Source of the DNA: Utricularia gibba
Lineage: Eukaryota; Plantae; Magnoliophyta
Direction of reading: 5' to 3'
DNA: 64,000 bases
Assembly (NCBI GenBank): GCA_002189035.1
Contig: NEEC01000004.1
Coordinates: 1,860,001 to 1,924,000 of the forward strand
Under the pieces are notes generated by a model. It saw nothing but the letters and a program-made list of their open reading frames with translations. It did not search any database and was not told the DNA's origin. The translations under genes and the position numbers were made by a program. Of the stretch, positions 1 through 13,021 are shown one piece after another (the stretch's first letter is position 1; each line of letters starts with the position of its first letter).

Positions 1-929
1 TAATATAAAAATTTGAAATATTTAATTACATGTTAATATTAAATTTTATAACGAATAATTTCTTAATCATCTTTTTCCACGTACACATGTCTAATATACA
101 TTTGAACACAAATGTTAAAATCATATTTCAAGTCAGAAAATAAATGTTTGAATATACATTTGAATAAATATAAAAATTTACATATAATTGATGCAAATAA
201 TGAAAATCTTATTATATTTGAAATAAAATATCCAAAAAATCTGTTTTCAAAAAAGTACAAAATGATTGTCTCGGCAACATGTGTGGAGTGTGAGTTGGTG
301 TTATAATCCATTTGAATCGAAACTTTTTTGGTTGTGGTTTCGATTCAATTTGAGATATTTGGAACCAACGAACTATTAATTCTGACTCGTGCAAAACTCT
401 TGAACCAATGATTTGAAACCGTAAACCATTAGTTTATGTGTGTCTAGCCACCCATATGCCATTAAGGGTGTATGAAATAATCATGAAAAATATAGAATAA
501 TTCTAAGTCACTCATATAAGTCGTTATATATATATATCTAAAAATAGTATTATATATTCTTAAGAGTTATTATGATAACTTGAAAAAACAAATGATGTGT
601 TTTCCAAACATCCATAACATCTCACATGAGTGTGTTTAAAAATATATTTTATTTTTTATAATTGTTTATGAATATCATTAACATTTATTATAGAAGCTTA
701 AAAAAATATTTAAAAAAATAATATGTTTCAACCACACATAACATCTTATATGCGTGTTTGTAAAACATTTTATATTTTTCAGAATCATTTTTAAATATCT
801 TTAACAGTTATTATAAGAATTTGAAAATATTCAATTTTGATTCAATTCAATGGTATCGATTTCAATTTCGATTCAATTCAAAATTTAAAAATTCAATTTT
901 AAATTGAAATTGAAATCGAAGTATACAAT

Positions 930-967
930 AAACCGTTTAGGGTTTAGCAACAAACCCTAAACGGTTT
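930..967. repeat. Perfect 16-bp inverted repeat (hairpin) within an AAACCG/TTCAATT-rich MITE-like tract (~830-1045)
   Basis: aaaccgtttagggttt (930-945) and aaaccctaaacggttt (952-967) are exact reverse complements around a 6-nt loop; surrounded by repeated aaaccg/ttcaatt motifs. Confidence 0.8.
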
Positions 968-1191
968 CAACGATTTATAAATCAACGGTTTATTGAAACC
1001 GTTTGATTCCAAATCGAAACTGATGAGTTTCAAACCGATCGTTACTCTAGGAGTGAGCAAGAGGGTGAACCGATGCCGTAGATGGGGGCCGGTGATACAT
1101 GCCGATCGGATGCGGAAAGGCAGGAGCCAATCCGCCGGTCGACTGGATGCGCGGACCAACACGGATCGATGCGGCGGCACAAGCTCGTGCC

Positions 1192-1314
1192 GAGGTGCGT
1201 AGCTTTCTTGGACTTCCCGGTACTAATCGTCGATTTATACAGAACTTTGCCAAGTTGGCACTGCCCCCGACCCGTTTGACCAAGAAGGGGGTTCGTTTTG
1301 TGTGGGACGAGTCA
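1192..1314 (+). mobile_element. Ty3/gypsy RT-RNaseH connection-domain fragment
   Basis: ORF 1099..1338 contains EVRSFLGLPGTNRRFIQNFAKLALPPTRLTKKGVRFVWDE, matching the gypsy consensus EVRSFLGLAGYYRRFIxxFxKxAxPLTxLTKKxxxFxW. Confidence 0.85.
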
Positions 1315-1662
1315 CGCAAAATAATTGGTTCATTATAAATATTTTTTTTATTACATCTGGAATCAACGAGCGGCTGGTTCCATGGTTTGGACCTTGGACA
1401 AATGGTCGTTGTCATTAATTTAATTAAATAGTTTTTTATATGAAAATGATTTTATGATGTGTGAGTTTTATGGAGAAATTTTCAACGGTCCAATTCAATT
1501 GAATGGTGGAAATTATAAATTGGGTATTTTGTGTTAGTGTACGGAACTTCTAATATTAGTTAATTAATAATGGAATGATCCATTAATAAATTATTATAAT
1601 AACAGAGTTTAACGTCCAGGTTAATCTTAAAATAACTTTATAAAAATAACAAATCATATGCT

Positions 1663-1693
1663 GTGGGTCCCATGGGGACTTATCCACGTGGAT
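1663..1693. promoter_or_regulatory. TCP-type site (GTGGGTCC) plus palindromic G-box (ATCCACGTGGAT) upstream of the kinase gene
   Basis: gtgggtcc at 1663-1670 and a 12-bp palindrome with CACGTG core at 1682-1693, about 450 nt upstream of the ATG; a 5'UTR intron acceptor lies at ~2121. Confidence 0.45.
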
Positions 1694-2142
1694 TTTGTTT
1701 TTGTTTGACTTTTTCAAAACACCGGCGACACAATCCTTTTCTTTAGCTTTCCCCATCATTCATCGTTGACGTCCTCAGCCTCAGCGCGTTGGCCAGCGAC
1801 CTGTGTGTTGGCTTGGTGGCATGCATATTATACTCCTTCCTTGTCAGCTGTGAAGTGAAGAAATCCCCAGATCAGAAAAAGCATTTCCTTTTCTTCTCCC
1901 TTTCTATTGTCTTTCGCCTGGAGCGTGGTGCAGTTTCGGAAAGGTTCTTTTCTCCAGTTGTGTTTGCTTCAAATCTCCCTGTTGGCTCATTGCTTGCGTT
2001 GTATCGAGATAGAACTTGCCAGAGCAAGCACAGAGGGCCAAGGTCTCGAGAAATCTTGAGTCTTTACTTTTGGGAATCTTGCACTTTCTTTTTCTCACTA
2101 CAAGAATGTGCTCTTTTTTAGGTTATGGGTTTTGCACAAGCC

Positions 2143-3871
2143 ATGACTTGCTTTCCTTTCTTTGCCCGAAGAAGAAGAGCAACCAGCGAGTCTGAGAACT
2201 TGGATGGTAGGTCAATGAATGAATGCAAAAAAATGAGCAATTTGGCATTGAAATCAGAATCATATAGTTTATGATGATTAACTTGAATTTTGTATAGAGC
2301 TGTGTGAGATCTATGGTGTTCATCTTTACTCATACGGGGAACTCAGAGCTGCTGCAGATGATTTTAGTAGATCGAATAAAATTGGGCAAGGAGGATTTGG
2401 TCCTGTGTTCAAGGTACAAAGCCCTCTCCTTTTTTCTACACGTTTTCAACTCAGAGATTGTGTCTGATGATCTGACTATGTTTTGACAAAACATGAAGTC
2501 GTGTGAACTCAAAGTAAGTCAACTTCAGTCATAGTTAACTGGTCAAAGAACAAAACTGGGTTAGAGGTCATGTTTTTGGTTTGTGAACTTCAAATTACAC
2601 GAGTGTCTGGTAGAAAACATCAACTTAGTTTTTGAGTTGGTTGAGTTTAGATTTCTGAATGTGTATTTTTTATCAGGGAAAGCTCAGGGATGGGAAGATG
2701 GCTGCTATTAAGCTTCTGTCTGCGGACTCAAAGCAAGGACTGAAAGAATTTCTGACTGAAATTCAAACAATTTCGGATGTCGATCACGAAAACTTGGTGA
2801 AGCTCTACGGCTGTTGCGTTGAAGGGGATCAAAGGATACTTGTGTACGAGTATCTGGAGAACAACAGCCTAGCTCGAACGCTTCTTGGTATGCTTCTTCT
2901 GATAATAAGAGCAAAAGAGAACAATATTGGCAGATGTTCGTTCTCTGTCTCGAGCGTGCGCCCATTTTTGGTGCTTCTTGTGCAGGTGGCAGCAACATTC
3001 ACTTCAACTGGCAAGCAAGAGTTAACATTTGCATTGGGGTTGCCAAGGCGCTAGCTTATCTTCATGAGGATGTCAGGATCATCCATAGGGACATCAAAGC
3101 GAGTAATGTTCTTCTTGATGAAAATTTGAACCCCAAAATCTCCGATTTCGGCCTCGCAAAGCTCATCCCCGCAAACATGACGCATGTCAGTACACGGGTT
3201 GCAGGAACCATGTAAGTTGTGAACTATCTTTGTAAGAATGCTTGATTCAGTTACAGAAGTAGAAGATGAATCTCTGTGTATTTTGCAGGGGGTACTTGGC
3301 ACCAGAGTACGCAGTTAAGGGGCAGGTAACGCAGTTTTCAGACATCTACAGCTTTGGAGTTCTTCTCCTTGAAATAGTAACTGGAAGATGCAACACCAAT
3401 AAGAGACTGCCGAAGGGAGAGCAGTATATTCTTGAAAGGGTATGTGCTGATAGATGCTTCTTCTTGTTGTATGGCTTAATTTCTTACAGGAATGCTGTAC
3501 TTTTTACTCAGGCGTGGCACCTATATAAGAGGAAAAAGCTAGTGATGCTGGTGGACACAGAGTTGGAGGATGAGTTTGATGAGGAAGAAGCTTGCAGATT
3601 CCTCAAGGTAGGCCTACTCTGTACTCAGGACAAGCCTAAACTCCGGCCGTTGATGTCAGTTGTCGTTGATATGCTTACCGGAAAGGAAGCAATAGAAGAA
3701 AATGGAATGAGAATGCCAAGTATGATCAATGATTTCTTGCAGAAGAACAGAAGAACCAGGCCTTCCGATGAATCTGCATCTCGAAGTATCACCACCCAAT
3801 CCATGGAAACGTCTACTCAGTATTCGCATGCCATCATGAGTTTCACAGCGGTCTCTGATCGGAGTGGCTGA
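2143..3871 (+). CDS. CRPK1: Cold-responsive protein kinase 1-like receptor-like cytoplasmic kinase (6 exons)
   Basis: Exons 2143-2206, 2298-2413, 2677-2887, 2986-3211, 3289-3439, 3512-3871, all GT-AG and in frame; motifs [38 protein letters not shown]; no ectodomain; closely resembles At1g16670. Alternative in-frame ATG at 2125. Confidence 0.88.
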
Positions 3872-4084
3872 TGGTTTCTGGTCTGACTACTGATTTCTGG
3901 CATATACGTGAAGGTATATTTGGGAGGCTAAGATGTTTATAGTGATCTTGCTTCATTTTTGAATACTTCCTGTGCCATAACACTGTAGCTCAACAAATAC
4001 AGAAAGCAAATACACTTTCATGGTTTGAGTGACGTTTGATTCAGTTTCTAACTTCGAATAGAGAGGAGAATGAACCTATAGAAC

Positions 4085-5702
4085 TCATGATTTATATCCT
4101 GTAATGAATCTCTGGATTCCAGAGAAATCAGGTACAATCTTTATGCCACAAAAGCTCCCTTTTCTCCTACATTCCATGTAATCAGCAAGGAAATTACACT
4201 GAGCCTCACCATTTGTCTGCACAAAACAACCGAAACAGAATAGGATACCAGACATTAGCAGAACCTCTCTAGGGAATGCGGCACAAGATTCAAGGGTTCA
4301 TGTTTGCAAGTGCGTCAAATTCAGTTCGTGATGAATCAAACTTCACTAAATGGAGTAACGAGTAATGGAACCAATGCCTGGAAGCTCAAGGTCAAAGTAT
4401 ACTGAGTAATTCGGGTTCATCTTTGGCACAAGATGTGAAAATATTGATAACTAAATGCACTTCTGCTTAGACAATCTTCAGATTCTATGCTAGAGAGCAA
4501 GTTGAATCACTTCCAGATGGAGACTTATTCAACCCCTTATCGTGTGTGATAGCAAAAAAACAGGAAATCAATGTTGATCAAAGGGAAGGATGATGGACAA
4601 TACCTCAAAGGCAAAGAATCCACCATGTTTCAGAAATGAAGCAGCTCCGTCACACATATGCACAAGATCATCCATTCCATTCTCTCCACCATCAAGAGCC
4701 ATTCTTGGTTCATGTCCAGAAACTTCGGCCTGTAGCCCTTCAATGTCCCGACTTGGAATATATGGAGGATTGCTCACGATCCCGCAGAGTTCTCCTTTAA
4801 AATCTTCCAGTGGATCAAACCAAGAACCAAGCTTCACCATTATCTTATCCTGTTATGCATTCGGGGGCCTATCAATGAGACACCTTCTTAAGCAACAGAA
4901 ATGATCAAGACTGTAATCGAAGGCACTGTCTCGGATTAGGAAAAGCCCCCATAAAGACAATTGAAGAAAGGCTAACCTGCAAATTATACCTCTTCACATT
5001 AAACGAAGCAACTGCAAATGCAGTGGGGCTCAAATCAGTAGCGAACACTTTCCCACAACTCAAGCCGAGAACCCGGGCGAGCCCGATAGCGAGCGCCCCG
5101 CTCCCAGTCCCTAAATCAGCCCATACACCACCTTTCAGGTCGCCATTGACCTTCACAGCATCACTCACCAAATCCAAGATAATCTCGGTTTCGGGCCTCG
5201 GAATCAAAATCCCTTCTTGAACACTCAAGACCAAATCCCGCCAATGCTCGCATCCTACCACATACTGAAAAGGCCTCCTATCCTCAATCCTCTGCCTCCA
5301 CAACTCGTATAAATCATCCAAAGAGGCTCTTACACACACCTCTGCGTCGTCGTCGGATAATTTTCCGGAATTAATCGCTGAAACCACATCTGGTTGTTCG
5401 AGCGCGTCCTCCACGAGCCAGTTGAGCTCCCTGCGGAGATTGTCCTTGTCTGGGCCATTGTCCAGGTGCAAGAATGAGGAGCCAACAGAGTCCACCCGAC
5501 TCTTCGCCCAAGTATGCCATATTTTGAGTTCGGTGGTAGTGACACGAAACGCCGGCGGCCGGAGGTACAGCGGTATCTTGAGTTCCGTCGGAGCTGGAGA
5601 TGGAACGGTGGAGAAGAACAAGGGCCGACACGGATTGGGAAGGACCTTGAAAACCGGCTGCATAATCGGCCTCAACCGCATCCTCGTGGAGCAGCACAGC
5701 AT
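4085..5702 (-). CDS. prmC: HemK/PrmC release-factor glutamine methyltransferase, organelle-targeted (3 exons)
   Basis: Exons 5702-4977, 4849-4604, 4216-4085; ILIPRPETE, SAM-binding DLGTGSG, catalytic SNPPY, C-terminal DFSGIQRFITG; transit-peptide-like N-terminus. Confidence 0.9.
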
Positions 5703-7379
5703 AGGGCAGAATGCCGGCCTCTTTCTCGCCCATTTTCTTTCTCAGAAAAATGAATTTGTAAAGACCAAGTTTTTTCCCTGTATAAAAAATCAGAAAATTA
5801 GATACACGAGTTAAAACGATGTTTCCGAATTTAAATTTAATATTATAAGTGATCTTACCACAAAAAATTGCAAGAGCATTTTTTTATGAAAATCGAGGAA
5901 TATTTGATTTACTAGTATTTTATCGTTGTTAAAAAAATTTTTAAGTTGTATTATATTTATTTTATTTTTTTCCTAATTTTTAATATTTTTAAATGTTTTA
6001 TATCAACTTGATCTTTTTGAATGAAAAATTCATTTTGTGATTTTTTGTAGTAATTTCGATCTAAATAAAATAAAATCATGATCTAGATTGGATGAACCTA
6101 AATGTGGATAAAATTAAGTCAAAACTTTGGTGATAATATCACTTTATACAAAGATTTAAAAGGACCTTATCACCAATGTTTGGAAAAATCCAAAGTTCTA
6201 GAGCAGTTATTAGAGTTTTAGAGTCAAGTTGTATACTCTATATTCTTGTTTTCATTTAGTTTTTATTGTTTTTCATATTTTAAAGTCAATTATGTCTACT
6301 GACACTTGCTCATTAAGGATATGCAATGAAATTGCGATTGCACAAATACCTTCATGTATTTATGTTTTACAATGACTTATGATGTTTTATTTAAGATTTT
6401 GATTTTGTTTTACATAATTTTTTTCACACATGCTATTAATTACCACTAAATCTCAAAGATATGTGAAAAGCACCAATATTAGCCTCAATCATCTAAGCAA
6501 TATAGTTCAATAAGATATTATTTTTAAGAAACATTTAACTTAATCTGTGTAAGAGTATGAGCTATATGGGTTAAAATAAAATATAAGGAAACACAAATTA
6601 TTATAGAAGTTGAAAAGAGCTATGATAACATGATTGATTTTATAACTTTAGTAAATGAAGAATGAGCACTATATCAATTATCTAATAATATTATTTTAGA
6701 ATAATATTCCTAAAATTTATGTATTCAAGTCAATGCACACACATAGGTAAGTTTATATATTAGTAACGCATTGATCCAAAACCAGTATTATATATTGTTT
6801 TAAATATATCTTTTCATTTTATATTGTATGTTTTTAAGTTTTTTTTAATAAAGTTTAAATTGAACCAATTTTCTATAAATATGATCTTATTTATTACTTT
6901 AATAGTTTATCTATGCTACATAATTAACTTCAAATTTTTTAATTCCTTCTGGAGACTTATATTCCTTCAATTTTTTATGATTTTTTATTTATGTTTATTT
7001 TTATTTTTGTGATATTTTTTTTCATATATTTGCACAAACGAGTACTCTTTATCTGTGTTGCATGCATATGATTGGAGGTTCAACCAAGTTGTACTCATTA
7101 GACTTGAGAATTCACAAAACCTATCAGAAAATTAGATTATAAAGCATGAACAGCAAAGGGAAAACATATTTAGAAAACATTTTAGATGAGAACATGATTT
7201 TCTAGTTATGTCTGAACCATGTAATCCATGAAAACAATTATCAGGAAATCATCAGACACATGTTATTGATCCACCCCTCTTAACTTATGAGAAGAATAGG
7301 GGTAAATAGATTTTCTTTCCATCATGAAAGGATAGCTTCATGCAAGTGACACAATATCACACCTAATCAAGAACCCATG

Positions 7380-7600
7380 TAGGTTCAATGAGTTGTAAAG
7401 CATGGGTCAAATAGAAGTATGGAACTCTTGAAACGAGATAACACACATGTGCGCTATCAGATTCAAGGAGAACACCAATTAGGTACTAGAAGATAGTTTA
7501 AGAGTGCATACACAACTTGTAGCTGATTAAACACACCTACTGTCTATGCTTGCACAAGGATGATCTCACATAGCATTCGGATCTTAGCAAAAGGGGGCAA
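7380..7600 (+). mobile_element. Highly degenerate Ty1/copia RNase H relic
   Basis: Broken peptides resembling WxKQ..YG, DNT-AI..xN and VHT..QxAD, followed by caaaaggggg PPT-like tract; many stops and frameshifts. Confidence 0.35.
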
Positions 7601-8899
7601 GGGAAAAACCCAGAAATGATAAAGTCCTATAGAAAATGATAACGATGTGTTCAGGGAACAAAATCCAAACAAAGCTGTTGTATGCCATTGGATAAAGTCA
7701 TAATGATTATGTAATTATTTATACATCTTGTATGTATTTTTATAAGTTAATTTATGTTAGTATTGTTCAATTAAGAATTGATTCAAGCATTTCAATATTT
7801 TTATTAAAAAACGTAAATATGTGTGTGTTATTTTATATTTTACTTTTTATTTTGCTTATGTTAGTATTGTTCAATTTAGAAATTGTAGACTAGTGTTAGA
7901 GCCAATGCGAACAATGAATGAAATAAAAGAAAAATGATTAATTATGCATTGAAAATGAAAAGACACATTGGATCCACCACATTGACGCTGATAATGATCC
8001 CTAACCCCTAACGGTGAGGATGTGTACATGCAAATAATAGAAAGGAAATCCAATCATTATGGAATTCTTTATATACCAAAAATTTAGTGATGATTGCATA
8101 GAGACAAATATAACTTGGGGATGAGATATGCCAAGGGGAGATAGATTATTGAAGGGAAAGGTAGTTTTGGCTTTTGATCTCAACTTTATAATGACCGTTT
8201 GTGATTAAATACTTTTATTTTTGGATTGGATGAAGTTTTATTTTACATTTTGAGCAATAATCTTATTTTCTCTTTGAATGTCTTTTGATTTCACATGTTT
8301 TTATTGTTTGAATAACGGGTGGCTGATTACCAATTTCGATGAAAATTAATGTGAAAAGGCACTATCTCCTATTAGTATATTTGATAGAGGTAGTGATTTG
8401 GTTGTAACCATTATACTATATTAATGAGCACATAGTAATCTTATATATGGGTTATTTAATTATTTGCAATATTCGAAATATGTGCAGAATTCGATCTTGA
8501 AGATAATAGAAAACTATTTTTTCTTGTATTTATGATCATTCAAGAGAAAGTAACATGAGTTAATTTCCATGTTTTATTGTATAAGAGTATAATGAAATTT
8601 AAAGAGTTTCTTGCTTTTATAATTATTTACTCAATAGAATCAGAGAATGAGTTGAGGTAAGGATAAAAGTAAACTAAATAAATAATTTTTTTTAGTTATT
8701 TAAGATCTATATTTATAAAAGCATGATAATTTGTATTTGGTTACAATTTTATATTTCTTTTAAATATCGATATTTTGTAATTGATACTCATACTATGTTT
8801 TTACTATATTTATGTTTTTCTTATTTAAAACTTGTTAAACAACAACAATCAACATCCATTGGGAGAAAACTTCAGGCACGTAATGAAATTTGGGCTAAT

Positions 8900-9196
8900 C
8901 GGTGCTTCTGCAATCAAAGTGGGTAGGTTACAATTTCAACATTCATTGATCACTATAGTCTAACAAAGCTAATTTCACGAAAAATTAGATGAGGATTCTG
9001 AAGAGTATATTATAGTTTTTCTCAAATATTATCATATGGTCGTAGAGTGAGAAGTTTCAAATGATATGATCAAATTGTATCTATTTCCATTTTCATTATG
9101 AAGATCTCTAGAAAGTGACTGTATTATATGCCATGTAATTCTATTTTCATTTGAGATGAGTTGAAAGATTCATTTCTAAAGAAATATATTGGGCCC
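8900..9196 (+). mobile_element. Degenerate Athila-like gypsy gag fragment
   Basis: Reads FHEKLDEDSEEYI..EVSNDMIKLYLFPFSL* then, after a frameshift, I*DELKDSFLKKYIGP; matches retrotransposon gag FHGxxxEDP..GVSDDAIRLRLFPFSL..TWDELKxAFLKKYFP. Confidence 0.75.
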
Positions 9197-10095
9197 ACAA
9201 TCAATTGAATAAATTATGTTAAGAGCAAGCTGCACGCAAAGTTTAAAAAATGCATGGTATGATATATTATGTTTTTTTAATACTTTAAAGTGTAAAAATT
9301 ATAAATCACAAATTATTTGTAGTTTGAAAGGTTCAAACGTGGTTCATACTAATTACTGGTTTTTTTTATTTTAATATTTTTATTAGAAAAAACATCAAAT
9401 CATAATTAAATTGTCAGAAGTACGATAAAAAAATTAGTTTGTAATTTATTTTTATATTTTAAATTAATTCAATAATTTTGATAAAAGTATTAATTGTTGA
9501 TAGCCGTTCAATCACGATTTTTAAAACACATTTTTTAGTTAATCTTTTTAGCTTTGAAAACATAAACTTATTTAAAATATGATATGGAAGAAAGATTTTT
9601 TGCCTTTGACTGTACGGTAAATAAATAAATGGAGTTGACAAATAATTTAATGTGACAAAAGCACTTTATTAACCGCTTTTCCCTACAACAAGATAAGGTT
9701 TGACTTCCTCTAAAACACAGTAATATTAAATTAGAATTAGATATAATAAAATTTTGTTTATAATTGGTGGGTTTCAGAATTTAATATCTAAAAATAAACT
9801 CACGCTGAATAAAAAATGAAAATAACTCATTATTGTTATTTTATTTGGTGAGTTTGGAAATTTAAAATTAAAAAATAGCCTTCAGTGAATAATAAAAAAA
9901 AAGAGAGAAAAGAAATTGAAGTCCGGCCATTTGGAAGCAACCAGGAGTTGGAGTTACTCCTGATCGGACCCACGGTCCCATCCGGTTTTAAAACCGCGGT
10001 CCGTTGACCTGAATTTTGCTCTATTTCAGCCATTGTCTGAGTTTCTTGCTCCCCTGTCTGTTTTTTTTTTTCTTTGTTGGAGAGGGTAGAACAAG

Positions 10096-13021
10096 ATGGG
10101 TTTGTGCCATTCTTCAGCAAAGTCGAGGAAAAAGATAAGTAGTTCAAAGGATGGGAATGGTAAGCTGGATTCGAAGTTGAACAGGGTGAGCTCCGGCGAT
10201 TTCGGCAGCTTTATCACTAAATTTGGAGGAGGGGGAAGCGGCAGTGGCCGTGCGGCGTCGGCGGCCGCCGTGGGTTCGGAGGAAAGAGGGCTCTTTCAAG
10301 CGCCTGGGCGGATGTTCTCAAATGGGGCCAGTCGTTTCGCGAGTTTATACACCCAGCAGGGGAGGAAAGGCACGAATCAGGATGCAATGATCGTTTGGGA
10401 GGTTTTATTTCTTACTTCCTGAATTCTTGATTAAAAGTTGGGGCTATTCATGGAAGTTGCTGCTACGATTGATGTGTTTAAAAAAAAAATGTTAGATCTC
10501 GGTAACTGTTAACTGAATCGCTGATGAGATTCTAGAATTTTAGGAGGAATTGAAAAGTGATTTGGATTTTCGTAGTGCTGTATGGGAAAACGAGAGAAGG
10601 ATACGGAATTCGAGAAAATGTATAAACAATCATGGTGTTAAGATAAGGATAAAAGAAAAGTATGATGTCTCTCCCGGTGTACTTTGCCGTTAGCATATGA
10701 CTTGTTGGAGCTTCCATTGATCAGATTTAGTATTCCTTGATAGTTTTTCTTTGTGCTTGCTGTTTATGTTTCTGGATCACCTTACACTGTATGTAAGATT
10801 GCTCTTTTCAAGTTATTATTATCCCCTCTTAGCAAAGATGACTGTCTTTCAATAAGTTGGTTTTTTGAGTTTCTCTATGTGAGGGATACGAAGTAGCTTG
10901 TGGTTCTGCCTCTTCAGTTACTCCTAGATGTGTGTGTATGGGATTTGCTTACTCTGGGTAATGCGATATGGAGTTTTGAATAGTTTGGATTGCACTTTGG
11001 CTTGCCGTCTAAATTTCAACTCTCAAAATCTTAGTCTAAGAACTCAATAATCAGTAAGATGCGGTTGGGACAGCTTTGGAATCCCCACATACATTTGGAG
11101 CAAAATTTTTTTTTTTAAAAAAGGAGTCATGGTGATTATACCATACAGAGCAATTCCACATAATTATGACCATATGATCACTGTCCGTATCGCATTGGGA
11201 AAATAAATGTTGACTTACTGCATTTGAAGGGTAAAGTGTAACATGTATTTGTTGGATTGATCCAAGAAAGACATTGTTCACATCTGTATTGAAATGCTTT
11301 CTCCTCTAGTGATGCAGGTTTATGGGGGTTTTCTGTCTGTCATATTCTCATTTTGAGAAAACTGTGCTTTTTATACAATAAGGCAAAGTGTTTAAGATGG
11401 GTTCAGCTTATTGAGATACTGAATAATTGCTCCTGTTTCTGTTGGCAGAATTTCTTGGTTGGGAACAATGATAGTGCAACCTTCTGTGGGGTGTTTGATG
11501 GCCATGGTCCGTACGGTCATGTGGTTGCTAGGAAAGTGAGGGATGCTTTACCTGTCTTACTCCGATCCCAGTGGGATGATAAAAGTGAAAATAGTCAAAC
11601 CAACAGTATGGATGGAATGAGGGGGTTCGATGATTTTGCAGAAGAGGATGGGTGTGATTCTTTTGAAGGGGATGAAGTTGAAAAGTTCCCTGAGAAGCAT
11701 ATTCCAACAAAGAATTCAATTCTCAAGGCTTTCAAGTTGATGGATAAGGAACTTAAGTTTCATCCAACAATTGATTGCTTTTGCAGTGGCACCACTGCTG
11801 TTACTTTGATCAAGCAGGTAACATTTCTTGGTATGATTGTTCTCTTTATTCTACTGCTCATGATCAGACAACTATGTTATCCTTTAGTGATTTTGCTCCT
11901 AGACAATGATTGAATGTGTTTGTTGACAAAAAATTGAAGCCACCATTTTCTAGACAAGTTGACATGCATCCTGCATCAACTTTCCAGGGACCTGACCTTA
12001 TTCTCGGAAATATCGGTGATTCAAGAGCTGTCCTGGCAACGCGTGACGCAGAGAACTCCTTGGCAGCTGTGCAATTAACAGTGGACTTGAAGCCTAATCT
12101 CCCAAGTATGTTCCTTCACCTTCATAATGATGGTGAACCCTGAAGAGAGTAAACATTCATGCACTATTTTCAATTGAGAGAACTTGAAATCATGCGTTTT
12201 TGACTCCAGGAGAAGCTGCAAGGATCCAGAAATGCAAAGGCCGAGTTTTCGCATTGCAAGATGAACCAGAAGTTGCACGTGTCTGGTTGCCCAACAGCGA
12301 TTCACCTGGCTTGGCCATGGCTCGAGCCTTTGGAGATTTCTGCTTAAAAGATTTCGGCTTGATCTCGAAGCCAGACGTTTACCACCATCATGTATCAGAG
12401 AAGGACGAGTTCATCATTCTTGCCACGGATGGGGTACATCTACAGCCAGCATCATCAATCCGCATTCTCAAGTCTTATAAATAACACGAGTTCTCATCTC
12501 TTGTTTAGGTTTGGGACGTCCTCTCCAACAAGGAAGCTGTGGATGTCATTGCTTCAGCGCCTTCCCGTGGAACATCTGCTCGTGCCCTTGTTGACTGTGC
12601 AACAAGAGCATGGAGGCTCAAGTACCCAACTTCAAAAATCGACGACTGTGCTGTCGTGTGCCTCTTCCTCGACCATCAATATCCACAAGTCCTCAAAGCT
12701 ACAACCTCACCTCAACTGGACAACAAGCCTCTTGTGTTGGAACAAAAAGATGCTCCTGCAGATAATGCTGCTACAACTTTGATCACCTCACAAGCCCCAG
12801 AAACCAAAGAGTCAAACGAAATAGTTCCCGTGGTGGAGGAGCCGGACACAAAGCCAATAGCCCGAAGCACTGTGGGGCACTCCAGCAGGAGCTTGGCTGA
12901 GTGTCTTCTGAACACAGAAGAGGAGGAATGGTCTGCTCTGGAAGGTGTCACCCGCGTAAATAGCCTTCTAAGTCTTCCGAGGCTATTGGGTTCGGACAAG
13001 AGTCGGCAAAATCGGGTATGA
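10096..13021 (+). CDS. Clade-E protein phosphatase 2C (At1g16220/At1g79630-like), N-myristoylation-type start (5 exons)
   Basis: Exons 10096-10401, 11449-11817, 11988-12105, 12210-12433, 12509-13021; MGLCHSS start, QQGRKGTNQDAM, CGVFDGHG, GNIGDSRAVL, GLAMARAFGD, ILATDGVWD, SKIDDCAVVC, C-terminal EEWSALEGVTRVNSLLSLPR. Confidence 0.92.

Noticed and set aside
480-830. Imperfect ~125-bp tandem duplication (ataacatct.a.atg.gtgt...)
   Set aside because: About 2 degenerate AT-rich copies; not a CRISPR array or satellite, and no inferable function
930-967. Telomere-like TTTAGGG/CCCTAAA motifs
   Set aside because: Single units within a hairpin, not a tandem array; not an interstitial telomere
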